Shown: positions 20,015 through 30,060, numbered from the stretch's first letter. The stretch is DNA of 64,000 bases from an uncultured Bacteroides sp. (GCA_964604655.1 CAZRZY010000005.1:10031-74030); one strand, 5' to 3'. A program made the numbers and translations. Notes: generated by a model from the letters alone, not told the origin.

Positions 20015-20467
20015 TTACAGAAGGGGGTGTTTCACCTCGTACACCCGATCCTTCGATCTGTCCAGGAGCAGGACTGCATCAAAGTCTGTCTCGATTTTCC
20101 AGCCGGTGATCTGGTTGAAGATGTTGAAGCTATCCGGGATATCGAAACTATCCACCACGATAACCAGCCATATCTGAACCAGCTTCTTACGCCTGTAAAG
20201 ATGCAGTTTCTGTTCCTTGATCCGGATCACTTTTGTCAGTGCCTCCTTACTTAGCTCCGGTTGAAAGTACCCGCCCGGGTCAGGGGCCTCGTCGTGCCTG
20301 GTCATCCGGGTGAACTCCAGACCCATTCTCCTTTTCCTTCCCGTCCGCAGGATGAAATCGGGTGATTCTGAAGAAATGACACGGCCTTTCGGAACCTGGT
20401 CGTAAACTCCCGAGAGTTGCTCCAGGTATCCCCTTTCCCCTTTTTTCCGTTCAGATATTTTCCCCAT
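20015..20467 (-). CDS. Hypothetical protein (weak PD-(D/E)xK-like pattern)
   Basis: ORF 20015-20509. The start at M15 (20467) avoids overlap with tatD. SESPDFILR...GLEFTR is reminiscent of restriction-endonuclease-fold cores, but the lysine position is not clear. Confidence 0.45.
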   Translation of the reverse strand: MGKISERKKGERGYLEQLSGVYDQVPKGRVISSESPDFILRTGRKRRMGLEFTRMTRHDEAPDPGGYFQPELSKEALTKVIRIKEQKLHLYRRKKLVQIWLVIVVDSFDIPDSFNIFNQITGWKIETDFDAVLLLDRSKDRVYEVKHPLL

Positions 20468-20501
20468 CTTCGCACAGGTCAAGATAGGAATTATCTCCAC
20501 C

Positions 20502-21284
20502 ATGTTCACCGATACACATACCCATATTTATCTCCGGGAATTTGAAGATGACCGGGAAGCAATGATCGAACGGGCCAACAAAGCCGGCATCCGGAAAATG
20601 TTTCTTCCGAACCTGGATACCGAATCGATCGATTCGGTCTTCCGTTTATCGGAACAGTTCCCGGGTATCTGCTTCCCCATGGTGGGACTCCACCCGACTT
20701 CCGTAAAGGACAATTACCACACCCTGCTAAAAGAGCTGGAAAAGGAGCTGCAGCGGGAGGAGGTGATCGCTATCGGGGAAACGGGGATCGATCTTTACTG
20801 GGATACTACCTATTTCCGGGAACAAAGAGACTCATTTATGATCCAGATCCTGTGGGCCGCCGAATTACGGCTACCTCTTGTGATCCACTCCAGAAACTCA
20901 TTCCGGGAGATTTTCGAAGCTCTTGATACGGCCAATGAGCCGGACCTCCAAGGTGTATTCCACAGTTTCACAGGCAACCTGGAGGAGCTGGAAAAGGCCC
21001 TTTCATACAATTTTATGATCGGGATTAACGGGATTGTTACTTTCAGGAACTCGGGCTTATCAGAGATCGTGGAAGCTATTCCTCCGGAAAGGTTGCTTCT
21101 GGAAACTGATGCCCCATACCTGGCCCCGGTTCCCTTCAGGGGAAAACGGAACGAACCCGCCTACCTTCGGCAAATTGCTGCAAAAGTGGGAGAAATTCAT
21201 AACTTGAGTCCGGTAGAGGTTGGAAGTATCACCTCCGCGAATGCCGGCAGGCTTTTCTCCCGCACCCTGAAAAATGAAAAGTGA
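20502..21284 (+). CDS. tatD: TatD family metal-dependent hydrolase
   Basis: 260 aa. FTDTHTHIY N-terminus, GETGIDLYW, VIHSR, ETDAPYL. Confidence 0.9.
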   Translation: MFTDTHTHIYLREFEDDREAMIERANKAGIRKMFLPNLDTESIDSVFRLSEQFPGICFPMVGLHPTSVKDNYHTLLKELEKELQREEVIAIGETGIDLYWDTTYFREQRDSFMIQILWAAELRLPLVIHSRNSFREIFEALDTANEPDLQGVFHSFTGNLEELEKALSYNFMIGINGIVTFRNSGLSEIVEAIPPERLLLETDAPYLAPVPFRGKRNEPAYLRQIAAKVGEIHNLSPVEVGSITSANAGRLFSRTLKNEK

Positions 21285-22311
21285 TCTTATTTCTATATTG
21301 ATCATTTACACGGGTGGCACTATTGGTATGCTCAAAGATGCCCGCAACGGATCACTGAAGCCGATCAATTTTCAAAAGATCATGAACCAGATCCCTGAGG
21401 TCAGGGAGCTGGGGTTCGACATTGAGGCCATAAGTTTCGATCCTCCCATAGACTCCTCCGATATCGATGCCACTACCTGGATAAAGCTTGCAGGGATCAT
21501 TGAGGAGCGATACCGGCAATTTGACGGATTTGTGATACTGCATGGGACTGATACTATGGCCTATTCGGCCTCGGCTATGAGTTTCATGCTGGAAAATCTT
21601 GCCAAACCGGTCGTATTCACCGGGGCGCAGCTGCCCATCGGGGCCCTGAGAACCGACGGCAAAGAAAACCTGATCACCTCCTTACTGGTGGCCGGGGCGA
21701 AGGAGTATGGGAAACCGGTGATCCCGGAAGTATGTATCTATTTCGAAAGCAAACTGTCCAGGGGGAACAGGACCACCAAGGTCAATGCCGAACATTTCAA
21801 TGCCTTTCAGTCAGCCAACTACCCTTATCTGGCCAAGGCAGGGGTACACATGGTCTATCACCGGGAGTTTGTACGCTATCCGGGTCGTTTTCGAAAATTA
21901 CAGGTCCATAAAAAGCTTGAAACCCGCATAGCCATCCTTAAGCTGTTTCCGGGCATGACCCCTGAATACTTGGATGCGATCCTCCGGTACAAAGATCTGA
22001 AAGCGCTGATCCTGGAAACCTATGGCGCCGGCAATGCCCCTACCGGTTACTGGTTTCTGAAAAGGATCAGGCAGGCAGTGGAGAAGGGCATCATTGTTTT
22101 GGATGTCACACAGTGCAGCAGGGGCAGTGTGGACATGGGAAGGTACGAAACCAGCAGGCATCTTTTAAAAGCAGGGGTGATCAGCGGATATGACATCACT
22201 ACAGAGGCGGCCACCACCAAATTGATGGTACTGCTGGCTCAGGGATTGAAAGAGGAAGAGGTTAAAATGCTTTTAAATAAATCGCTTAAGGGAGAAATCA
22301 CGTTGCTATGA
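21274..22311 (+). CDS. ansA: Type I L-asparaginase
   Basis: 345 aa. ILIIYTGGTIGM (catalytic Thr), VILHGTDTMAY, GAGN. Confidence 0.9.
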   Translation: MKSDLISILIIYTGGTIGMLKDARNGSLKPINFQKIMNQIPEVRELGFDIEAISFDPPIDSSDIDATTWIKLAGIIEERYRQFDGFVILHGTDTMAYSASAMSFMLENLAKPVVFTGAQLPIGALRTDGKENLITSLLVAGAKEYGKPVIPEVCIYFESKLSRGNRTTKVNAEHFNAFQSANYPYLAKAGVHMVYHREFVRYPGRFRKLQVHKKLETRIAILKLFPGMTPEYLDAILRYKDLKALILETYGAGNAPTGYWFLKRIRQAVEKGIIVLDVTQCSRGSVDMGRYETSRHLLKAGVISGYDITTEAATTKLMVLLAQGLKEEEVKMLLNKSLKGEITLL

Positions 22312-22460
22312 GTGCTTGTGTAAATTATTTTTTGTATTTTTCGCGGCGAAATTCACCTGAGTCAAGCACTTAGTGCAATACAGGTATCGTTCTTTAAAAA
22401 TTCTGGAGGTGAGCGGGTTTGAATGGGTATCTGCAACCCGGATAACGATAAATGACTGCC

Positions 22461-22548
22461 GGAGAGGTGCAGGAGTGGCTGAACTGGCACGCCTGGAAAG
22501 CGTGTGTACCTCTAAAGGGTACCGAGGGTTCGAATCCCTCTCTCTCCG
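22461..22548 (+). tRNA. tRNA-Ser (anticodon GGA)
   Basis: Folded by hand. Acceptor GGAGAGG/TCTCTCC, anticodon stem CACGC/GCGTG with loop CTGGAAA, long variable arm (TGTACCTCTAAAGGGTACC), T arm GAGGG-TTCGAAT-CCCTC. CCA is not encoded. Confidence 0.9.
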
Positions 22549-22636
22549 CAATACTTTATCTTATTATCTTAGCTGAATGTTGCCTGGAAAAGAAAATTCA
22601 CGTTAAATTTATAAAGTAAAACAAACAAACGACACC

Positions 22637-23464
22637 ATGAAAAAATTATTTGCATTGATAGCCGTATTCGGGATGCTTGCAATGGGAGCATCGATCTTTG
22701 CGCAGGATGAAACCACAGAAGCCCCTGCTGCCGAAGATACCACAATGGTTACTGAAGAGGCTGCTGAAGCCCCTGCGACCATGGGCATGGCTACCGAAAC
22801 CGAATCAAGCGAAGAGGAAACCGGCCTTGCTGTGTTGCACACCACTCTGAAAACCAAATTCATTGAAGGAGGGGCCGGATTTATGGGCGCGGTGCTCCTT
22901 ACATTGATTTTCGGTCTGGCGCTGGCATTTGAAAGGGTGATCTACCTGAACCTGGCTTCCACCAACACCGACAAGCTCCTCAATGCTGTGGAAAATGCAC
23001 TTAACGAAGGTGGTGTTGAAGCTGCCAAAGAGGTATGCCGCAATACCCGCGGACCTGTTGCCAGCATTTTCTACCAGGGTCTCGACCGTGTGGAAGAGGG
23101 AATCGATGTGGTCGAAAAATCCGTTGTTTCCTACGGAAGCGTGCAGATGGGTCTCCTGGAAAAGAACCTGTCATGGATCTCCCTCTTTATCGCCATTGCT
23201 CCGATGCTCGGATTTATGGGTACGGTGATCGGTATGATCGACGCGTTTGATAAAATCCAGCAGCAGGGTGATATCTCACCTACCGTGGTGGCCGGCGGTA
23301 TCAAGATCGCTCTTATCACCACAGTTACAGGTCTTATGGTAGCTATCATCCTACAGATTTTCTACAATTACCTCGTGTCACAAATCGATAATATCGTGAA
23401 TAAGATGGAAGACGCTTCCATCACACTTGTAGACATGCTGGTAAAACAAAATCTTAAAAAATAG
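22637..23464 (+). CDS. exbB: MotA/TolQ/ExbB proton-channel family protein
   Basis: 275 aa. Signal/acidic N-terminal region, then 3 TM, with the LGFMGTVIGMIDAF and GGIKIALITT patterns. Confidence 0.9.
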   Translation: MKKLFALIAVFGMLAMGASIFAQDETTEAPAAEDTTMVTEEAAEAPATMGMATETESSEEETGLAVLHTTLKTKFIEGGAGFMGAVLLTLIFGLALAFERVIYLNLASTNTDKLLNAVENALNEGGVEAAKEVCRNTRGPVASIFYQGLDRVEEGIDVVEKSVVSYGSVQMGLLEKNLSWISLFIAIAPMLGFMGTVIGMIDAFDKIQQQGDISPTVVAGGIKIALITTVTGLMVAIILQIFYNYLVSQIDNIVNKMEDASITLVDMLVKQNLKK

Positions 23465-23470
23465 AAAGCA

Positions 23471-24130
23471 ATGGCTTTTTCAGGAATAACAAGAATCATC
23501 CTTTATGTAATCGCAGGTATCTCGATTCTGGTGGTACTTTTCTTCTACGTTAGCCCGAGGACTGTCGATTTCGATGATCTGGAGCAGCGCGTGGAGGAGG
23601 CGATGAATCCGCCGGACTTAACTCCCGCACCTGCTGCCGCTGTGGCGGATACCACCGCTCAGGACACAACTGCCATGGATGAGGCAGCGGCTGTTGATGA
23701 GCCGGACGAGAGCGAGTCAGTTTTCGGAACAGCCCAGTTAATTGATGCTTCCGAAACAGACCTCAGGGAGGTCATGTCAGGATATGAATATCTGGTATGG
23801 TTTCGCACCGATATCGCGCTGATCTGGGCTTATATCCTGGTCCTGCTCACACTGATCGCCTCCATTTTATTCCCTCTGATTTCTGTACTTTCCAATCCAA
23901 GGGCATTGATCAGGCTGGTGGCTGTACTGGTAGGGGCAGCAGTACTCGTCATCATTTCCTATCTGGTATCTTCCGACACACCAATCAATATTATTGGTTA
24001 CACAGGAACCGACAACAGTGATCCTGCCACCCTGAAGATGATCGATACGGTGTTGTTCGTGACCTACATGTTGTTTGGGCTGGCTCTGGCATCCATTTTG
24101 TACGCTATTGTATCCAGACCATTTAAGTAA
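23471..24130 (+). CDS. Hypothetical membrane protein located within the ExbB/ExbD cluster
   Basis: 219 aa. N-terminal TM, an acidic Ala/Asp/Thr-rich linker, and 3 C-terminal TM. It sits between exbB and exbD. Confidence 0.55.
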   Translation: MAFSGITRIILYVIAGISILVVLFFYVSPRTVDFDDLEQRVEEAMNPPDLTPAPAAAVADTTAQDTTAMDEAAAVDEPDESESVFGTAQLIDASETDLREVMSGYEYLVWFRTDIALIWAYILVLLTLIASILFPLISVLSNPRALIRLVAVLVGAAVLVIISYLVSSDTPINIIGYTGTDNSDPATLKMIDTVLFVTYMLFGLALASILYAIVSRPFK

Positions 24131-24150
24131 AAACTATTAATTCATATCCG

Positions 24151-24780
24151 ATGGCAAGAGAAACACCGGAAGTAAATGGAGGATCACTGGCAGACATTGC
24201 CTTCCTCCTGTTGATATTCTTTCTGGTTACCACCACGATGGATATCGACACGGGTATTACCCGGCTTCTGCCGCCTGAACCGGAAGAGGATCAGGAGACC
24301 GAGGTCAGGGTGAACAAGCGTAATGTGTTGGTGGTGCTTCTCAACCGAAGCGATCGCCTGATGGTAGGCGGAGAAGAGATGGATCGACTGCAACTGAAAG
24401 CCAAGACCATGGAGTTCTTTACCAACCCCCTGGATGATCCGAGTCTACCCGAATTGGAGACAAAAGAGATCGAGTTCCCTCCGGGAAGTTCCCCGCTATT
24501 GCCTGCCGATGGTGTTTGGCGTGGCAGTATATCCAAGGGCGTGATCTCCCTTCAGAACGACCGCTCCACCACCTATGGCAAATACCTTCAGGTGCAGAAT
24601 GAGCTGGTTGCAGCCGTGAATGAATTGAGAAATGAATTCTGTAATCTCTATTTTGATAAGGATTTCGATGATCTCAATACGGCTATTCCGGCAGAAGAGC
24701 AAATCTATGATGGGATCAGGAACATCTACAAGATGAACATCTCCGAATCGGAACCCAAAAACATAGGAGGGCTCAACTAA
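24151..24780 (+). CDS. exbD: Biopolymer transport protein ExbD/TolR
   Basis: 209 aa. LADIAFLLLIFFLVTTTM anchor motif. Confidence 0.85.
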   Translation: MARETPEVNGGSLADIAFLLLIFFLVTTTMDIDTGITRLLPPEPEEDQETEVRVNKRNVLVVLLNRSDRLMVGGEEMDRLQLKAKTMEFFTNPLDDPSLPELETKEIEFPPGSSPLLPADGVWRGSISKGVISLQNDRSTTYGKYLQVQNELVAAVNELRNEFCNLYFDKDFDDLNTAIPAEEQIYDGIRNIYKMNISESEPKNIGGLN

Positions 24781-25280
24781 TGTCAAAATTTCAGAGAAAG
24801 AAAGGAAAAGGATCCCAGAAGATTAACACCGCTTCGCTTCCCGACATTGTATTTATGTTGTTGTTCTTTTTCATGGTGGCGACGACAATGAGGGAGACGG
24901 AGGTACAGGTCCGGGTCACGGTACCAGAGGCTACAGAGGTGAAAAAGCTGGAGAAAAAATCCCTGGTCAGCTACATCTATATCGGACGACCCGTGGCACA
25001 CGTGGCACGGATGTACGGTACCGAACCGCTGATTCAGCTGAACGATAAGCTGGTGAGCGAAGAAGGCATCCCCTATGAATCGATTCAGGACTTTGTGCTT
25101 TTTGAAAGGGAGAAGCTGTCCGAGGCTGATAAGAACAGGATGACCATGTCCCTCAGGATCGATCAGAACATTCCCATGGGGAAAGTAGACGATGTCAAGC
25201 AGTCTCTTAGAAGGGCTAAGGCGTTGATCATTAACTACTCGGCTAGAAAAGAATACAGGGATCAGGGTCGTCAGCGGTAG
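24780..25280 (+). CDS. exbD: Biopolymer transport protein ExbD/TolR (second copy)
   Basis: 166 aa. LPDIVFMLLFFFMVATTM. Shares 1 nt with the preceding gene. Confidence 0.85.
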   Translation: MSKFQRKKGKGSQKINTASLPDIVFMLLFFFMVATTMRETEVQVRVTVPEATEVKKLEKKSLVSYIYIGRPVAHVARMYGTEPLIQLNDKLVSEEGIPYESIQDFVLFEREKLSEADKNRMTMSLRIDQNIPMGKVDDVKQSLRRAKALIINYSARKEYRDQGRQR

Positions 25281-25307
25281 TTTTACAATCCAAATAAGCA
25301 TTTTCGG

Positions 25308-25346
25308 GAAACCGCCTCATTGGACTTATGAGGCGGTTTCTTTGTA
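25308..25346 (+). terminator. Rho-independent terminator after the exbBD cluster
   Basis: A perfect 13-bp stem gaaaccgcctcat / atgaggcggtttc with the 7-nt loop tggactt, followed by tttgtaaatt. Confidence 0.85.
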
Positions 25347-25442
25347 AATTCCGTTTCAAAGATCCAGTGTTTACCGGATTAGTCCGGGATTTACCTCCAG
25401 GATCATATTTCCCTTGGCCATAGAGGAATCCGGCGAATATAA

Positions 25443-25458
25443 TGGCACGGTTTTGGCA
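25443..25458 (+). promoter_or_regulatory. Candidate sigma-54 (-24/-12) promoter
   Basis: TGGCACGGTTTTGGCA versus the consensus TGGCACG-N4-TTGCW. The GG and GC are at the correct spacing, and there is one mismatch (the second T of TTGC). It lies about 42 nt upstream of the ATG at 25500, in an intergenic region and in the correct orientation. Confidence 0.55.
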
Positions 25459-25499
25459 CCCCTGTTTATCCGACTAAGAACAATTAACGCCGACTGTTT

Positions 25500-26015
25500 A
25501 TGATACTCATTGTATTTGGATTACCGGGAACCGGAAAAACCTATTTTGCCCGTAGGCTTGCTGAGGAGATCAATGCCAGCTATTTCAATACCGATCAGGT
25601 CAGGAAAGAACTGCACCTGGAGGGGCAGTACGATCAGAAAAGCAAGACACAGGTCTATGATCAGATTCGCAACAAACTGGAAGAGGTTTCCGGTAATGGT
25701 AAGGATGTCATCGTGGATGGGACTTTTCATCTTACAGCCGTCAGAGATGCTTTTATTGATCAGGCCCGAAAGCTGGATGAACCCATTGCGTTCGTCGAGA
25801 TGAAAGCCAGCGATAAAACCATCGAGAAGCGCATGCAGAGCGAACGGGAACACAGTGATGCTGACTATAAGGTATACCTCCAGGTCAAATATGACTTCGA
25901 AGAGATGAACGAACCGCACCTGGTTCTGGTATCAGAGGTTCAGCCTATTGACGAAATGATCAAGAACACAAAAAGTTATCTCGATGCGAAAAGAACAGAT
26001 TCAGAAAGTCATTGA
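25500..26015 (+). CDS. P-loop kinase-like AAA family ATPase
   Basis: 171 aa. The Walker A motif GLPGTGKT is at residues 7-14. The protein is the size of a small nucleotide/sugar kinase. Confidence 0.7.
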   Translation: MILIVFGLPGTGKTYFARRLAEEINASYFNTDQVRKELHLEGQYDQKSKTQVYDQIRNKLEEVSGNGKDVIVDGTFHLTAVRDAFIDQARKLDEPIAFVEMKASDKTIEKRMQSEREHSDADYKVYLQVKYDFEEMNEPHLVLVSEVQPIDEMIKNTKSYLDAKRTDSESH

Positions 26016-26988
26016 CAACTGTTCATTGCCTGACCAGTGCGAATCGGCCGACCTGATCGAGACCCATATCTCCTGGGTTATCCTGACGGAGAAGTTCGCG
26101 TTTAAGATAAAGAAGCCGATCCGTCTTTCGTTCCTGGACTATTCCACTCTTCAGAAACGGTCCCATTTCTGCAAGGAAGAGCTGGATCTGAACAGGCGAC
26201 TGGCTCCGGATGTTTATCTGCAGGTACTTCCCATCACAGCCGGAATGGCCGGCTCCGACGGTGATAAAGATCCCGGCAGGATCGTTGAATACGCCGTGCA
26301 GATGAAAAAACTGGACCGCCGTAAAGAAATGCACAGGCTCCTTGAGAAAAAGGAGGTATTGACTTCGCACCTGGATAAACTGGCCGGTAAACTGGCCCGA
26401 TTCCATAAAAATGCGCGCATAATCAAGAATGTCTTTAACACGACCGGATTCCAGGAAAAATTCGAGGATATCCTGACGGTGATGGACGACCTGGTAACCA
26501 TGCTCGGAAAGGAGTGGGAAGAGCGCATCAGAGAGTGTGTTAACCGGTCCAATTCCTACCTGAATGCCTCCCGGAGCCTTTTAAATCAGCGCATCATCAC
26601 CAATTACCGGCGGGATTGCCATGGAGACCTCAACGCCACCAATATCTTCCTTTATGAAGATCCCATCATTTTCGACTGCATCGAATTTAACAAGGAATTC
26701 CGGCACATCGATGTATTGAATGAGATTGCATTTCTCTGCGTCGATCTGGACTTTTACGGGAATCCGGGACTCAGCGACTATTTTTACCACAGTTACCTGG
26801 AGTCCTATGATATGGAAGAGGATGACAATCTCCGGAACATGTGGAACTATTATAAAAGTTACAGGGCAAACGTTCGTGCCAAGGTGACTGCCATCAATGC
26901 CAGGCAGGGGGATGAAGATGCCCGTCAGGCCCATGATATCAAAAAGTACCTCCGCCTTATGGAGAAATATACCAGGTCTTATTCCTGA
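25984..26988 (+). CDS. Aminoglycoside-phosphotransferase-fold (APH/choline-kinase-like) protein
   Basis: 334 aa. The Brenner-type catalytic motif CHGDLNATNIF is followed by IDVLNEIAFLCVDL. It overlaps the P-loop gene by 32 nt. Confidence 0.65.
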   Translation: MRKEQIQKVIDNCSLPDQCESADLIETHISWVILTEKFAFKIKKPIRLSFLDYSTLQKRSHFCKEELDLNRRLAPDVYLQVLPITAGMAGSDGDKDPGRIVEYAVQMKKLDRRKEMHRLLEKKEVLTSHLDKLAGKLARFHKNARIIKNVFNTTGFQEKFEDILTVMDDLVTMLGKEWEERIRECVNRSNSYLNASRSLLNQRIITNYRRDCHGDLNATNIFLYEDPIIFDCIEFNKEFRHIDVLNEIAFLCVDLDFYGNPGLSDYFYHSYLESYDMEEDDNLRNMWNYYKSYRANVRAKVTAINARQGDEDARQAHDIKKYLRLMEKYTRSYS

Positions 26989-27001
26989 TCGCTGTCATTT
27001 T

Positions 27002-29683
27002 TCAAAATCTCTTCTCAAAGCTCTTAAGCAGCTGATTGGTCAGGATGGGCAGAACGCTAGCCGCAAGGATGATTCCCCATATCTGCGGGGAGATGGTCTG
27101 AAAGGAAAGGGCACCGTTCAGGGTCGGAATATAATAGGCCGCAAACAAAAAAGTCAAACAGAGCCCCAGGGCGAGCCAGATGTATTTGTTCCGGGTGACC
27201 TGGTTATTCCAAAGGGGCTCATCAGGTTCTCTCATATCGAAGACATGAAGCAGCTGGCTGAATGCCAGGCTGAAAAAAGCCACATTGTTACACATCTCTT
27301 CTGAAAGTCCCAACCCGAAAAAAGCATACAGATAGGCGCCGATTACATAGATGGCAATGACCACTCCATAGAGACCTGTCATCATCCAGTTTTTCCTTGT
27401 GATGATTGGTTCTTCCGGATCTTTGGGAGGCTTTTCCATAATATGCCGGCTGCCCTTTCCCACTCCCAGGGCCAGTGCAGGGAACACGTCTGACAGAAGA
27501 TTCAGGAACAGCAGCTGGAGAGGAAGCAGGGGCAATTTGAATAGCGTAAAGCTGATAGCTGCAATAATGATAATCTCTGCCAGGTGATAGGAAAGCTGGT
27601 AGACAATGAACTTCCTGATATTCTCGAAGATCACCCTGCCCTGCTCAACCGCCTTGACAATGGAGGGAAAAGCATCATCCTGAAGAATCATATCGGCCAC
27701 ATCTTTGGCTAATTGTGTGCCTCTCTTCCCCATGGCAATGCCGATATCGGCCTTTTTCAGGGCCGGGGCATCATTGACCCCGTCACCGGTCATTCCAACG
27801 ATCTCTCCTGCCTTCTGGAAATGCTCAACAATATCCAGTTTTTGTGACGGATCGACCCTGGCAAATATATGGGTTTCGGAAACATCTTTCTCTTCCGCTT
27901 CATTCAGATCGCTTCCATGGATCACCTGTTCCTTCTCATGTTTCTCCAGGTTAATTTCCTGTGCGATATGAAGGGCGGTCCCGGGATGATCGCCTGTGAC
28001 CATCACAATCTTAATACCTGCCTGGTGACACCAATCGAGGGGCTCCCGGACATCTTCCCTGACCGGATCAATGAAACCGGCGATCCCCACGAAAACCATC
28101 TCTCCGATGAACTCCTCTTCGGAGGCCAGTTGATCGGCCACCTCAGCCGGCATTTCCTTAAACGCGAAACCGATCACTTTCAGCCCCCTGGCCGATTTTT
28201 CCTGGTCCGAATTAATCCATGTTTCCCTGAATTCCTTATTAATCTCCTTCTGCTCCTTCCCTTCCAGGTGATGGGTACATTTTTCCAGAATAGCCGAAGT
28301 AGCCCCCTTGGCTGCCACATAGCACCGGTCATCCCGGTAATGGACCGTCCCCATCATCATGGCTTCGGAATCGAACGGATCTTCATTGATCTTCCGAAGA
28401 TCATGCAGTTGATGGAATCGCTCCGTATGTAACGCCTCTCCATATTCAAGCAGGGCCGCGTCCAGTGGATCGCCCTGAAACGTATTCTCCGGATCTGAAC
28501 GGCCGGCATCATTGCATAGAACCGAAATGTCAAAGAAATGGCGAAACGGCCCGTCCTCATCCATGGCCCCCTTCGTATTCGGCCCCGATGAATCAATATG
28601 TTCTTCTTTCCCGCCTACCAGCGATATGTTTCGAAGGGTCAGTTTATTCATCGTCAGGGTCCCGGTCTTATCGGTAAGGATCATGGTGGTCTCTCCCAGG
28701 GTTTCTACAGCCGAGAGATTTCTCACCAGCACATTCCGGTCAGCCAACCGTAACATACCCCTGGCCAGAGAAATGGTGGCCACTATGGGTAACCCCTCCG
28801 GAATAGCTGCCACCGTCCATGCAATAGCTGTCTGAATAAGAGTGTAAATCTCCTTTCCGGCGATCCATCCGAAAAGAAAGTAAAGAAGAGAAAGCCCCGA
28901 AATCAGCCAGATCAGTCGTCTGGCAAGTAACCTCAGCTTTTTATTCAGTGGGATCTCATCCTTGTCCGACTCGCTGACCATCGCGGAGATTCTGCCAATT
29001 TCGGTATCCATTCCAGTGGCCACCACTATCGCTTCCGCTTTACCGGCCGTTATGGCTGTTCCTTTGAACAGCATGTTGGACCGTTCGGCCACCTGAACGG
29101 ATTCCTTGAGCGGTTCTGTCTGCTTGGGGACAGGGACCGATTCGCCGGTCAGTGGCGATTCATCCGCCGATAGTTCACTGGAAGAGGTGATCCTGGCATC
29201 GGCAGGAACTATGTCGCCTGCGTCCAGATGAATAAAATCGCCCGGAACCAGGTCCTGTGCCTCGATCTCTTGGGATTGTTCATCACGGGTGACCCGCACT
29301 TTGAGGGGATCCATGTTTTTCAGGGCATCCAGGGAGGATTGCGCCCTGTACTCCATCCAGAAGCCGATCATTGCATTCAGTACTATGACTATGATAATGG
29401 CAATGGCTTCCGGAATATCCTGGAATACAAATGATACCGTGACCGCAGCCAGCAACAGGTATATGACTGGATTATTTACCTGTGAGAGCAGAAGGACAAG
29501 CACTCCTTTTTTCCTTCCGGTCTTCAACCGGTTTCTCCCGTATTTCTCTCTTCGACTCTCAATTTCTCCGTTCGATAACCCCTTCTCGGTTGTCTTGAAA
29601 ATCCCGAAGATCTCATCCACCGGTTTGGTGTGATACGATATATTTTGTTCCACGGTTCTTTCGAATCGAACAATGTGCCACAT
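27002..29683 (-). CDS. Cation-transporting P-type ATPase (type II, Ca2+-ATPase-like)
   Basis: 893 aa. IPEGLPIVATISLA (TM4), DKTGTLTMNK, MVTGDHPGTA, MTGDGVNDAPALKKADIGIAMG. Confidence 0.9.
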   Translation of the reverse strand: MWHIVRFERTVEQNISYHTKPVDEIFGIFKTTEKGLSNGEIESRREKYGRNRLKTGRKKGVLVLLLSQVNNPVIYLLLAAVTVSFVFQDIPEAIAIIIVIVLNAMIGFWMEYRAQSSLDALKNMDPLKVRVTRDEQSQEIEAQDLVPGDFIHLDAGDIVPADARITSSSELSADESPLTGESVPVPKQTEPLKESVQVAERSNMLFKGTAITAGKAEAIVVATGMDTEIGRISAMVSESDKDEIPLNKKLRLLARRLIWLISGLSLLYFLFGWIAGKEIYTLIQTAIAWTVAAIPEGLPIVATISLARGMLRLADRNVLVRNLSAVETLGETTMILTDKTGTLTMNKLTLRNISLVGGKEEHIDSSGPNTKGAMDEDGPFRHFFDISVLCNDAGRSDPENTFQGDPLDAALLEYGEALHTERFHQLHDLRKINEDPFDSEAMMMGTVHYRDDRCYVAAKGATSAILEKCTHHLEGKEQKEINKEFRETWINSDQEKSARGLKVIGFAFKEMPAEVADQLASEEEFIGEMVFVGIAGFIDPVREDVREPLDWCHQAGIKIVMVTGDHPGTALHIAQEINLEKHEKEQVIHGSDLNEAEEKDVSETHIFARVDPSQKLDIVEHFQKAGEIVGMTGDGVNDAPALKKADIGIAMGKRGTQLAKDVADMILQDDAFPSIVKAVEQGRVIFENIRKFIVYQLSYHLAEIIIIAAISFTLFKLPLLPLQLLFLNLLSDVFPALALGVGKGSRHIMEKPPKDPEEPIITRKNWMMTGLYGVVIAIYVIGAYLYAFFGLGLSEEMCNNVAFFSLAFSQLLHVFDMREPDEPLWNNQVTRNKYIWLALGLCLTFLFAAYYIPTLNGALSFQTISPQIWGIILAASVLPILTNQLLKSFEKRF

Positions 29684-30060
29684 TTATTCTTTACTGGACG
29701 ATGCCCGGAAATTCTGTCACCCCGGTGAATCTTTCACCCTGGAAAGGCTCTCCGGTTAAAAATGAATGAGGAATTAATACCCGCATTGGGGATGATCTTC
29801 TACAATGGTCTTCCGTTCAGGACCGGTTCTGGTGAAATCCAACCTTAGGCATGCAATTCTCACCTGATTGGTAAAAAGGAATTCGCGCTGCATCTTCATC
29901 TATCTTCCCACCAGCAGAGCCGGAGTGAAAGCAGACCAGAAACCCTCGCTGCAGAGCTGCGGAGTACCGAGCCTGCGAGCTCGGCGAAGCCAATGCGCGA
30001 GCGGGATTCAAAAATCTGCTGGGTGATCTGAATGATGAATTAAAGGAGGCCGGCAGTGAG

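Noticed and set aside
22306-22576. ORFs 22306-22551 (-) and 22373-22576 (+).
   Set aside because: They overlap the tRNA-Ser gene and its flanks. No protein-like features are present.
26860-26885. The minus-strand TTGGCACGAACGTTTGCCC inside the APH-fold gene looks like a sigma-54 promoter.
   Set aside because: The GG-to-GC spacing is one nucleotide too long. The site is intragenic and antisense, with no downstream ORF to drive.
29684-30060. Possible small gene or remnant between the first P-type ATPase and the lipid kinase (for example, the minus frame FIIQITQQIFESRSRIGFAELAGSVLRS).
   Set aside because: There is no start codon and no recognisable family, and all frames are interrupted. Left as unexplained intergenic sequence.
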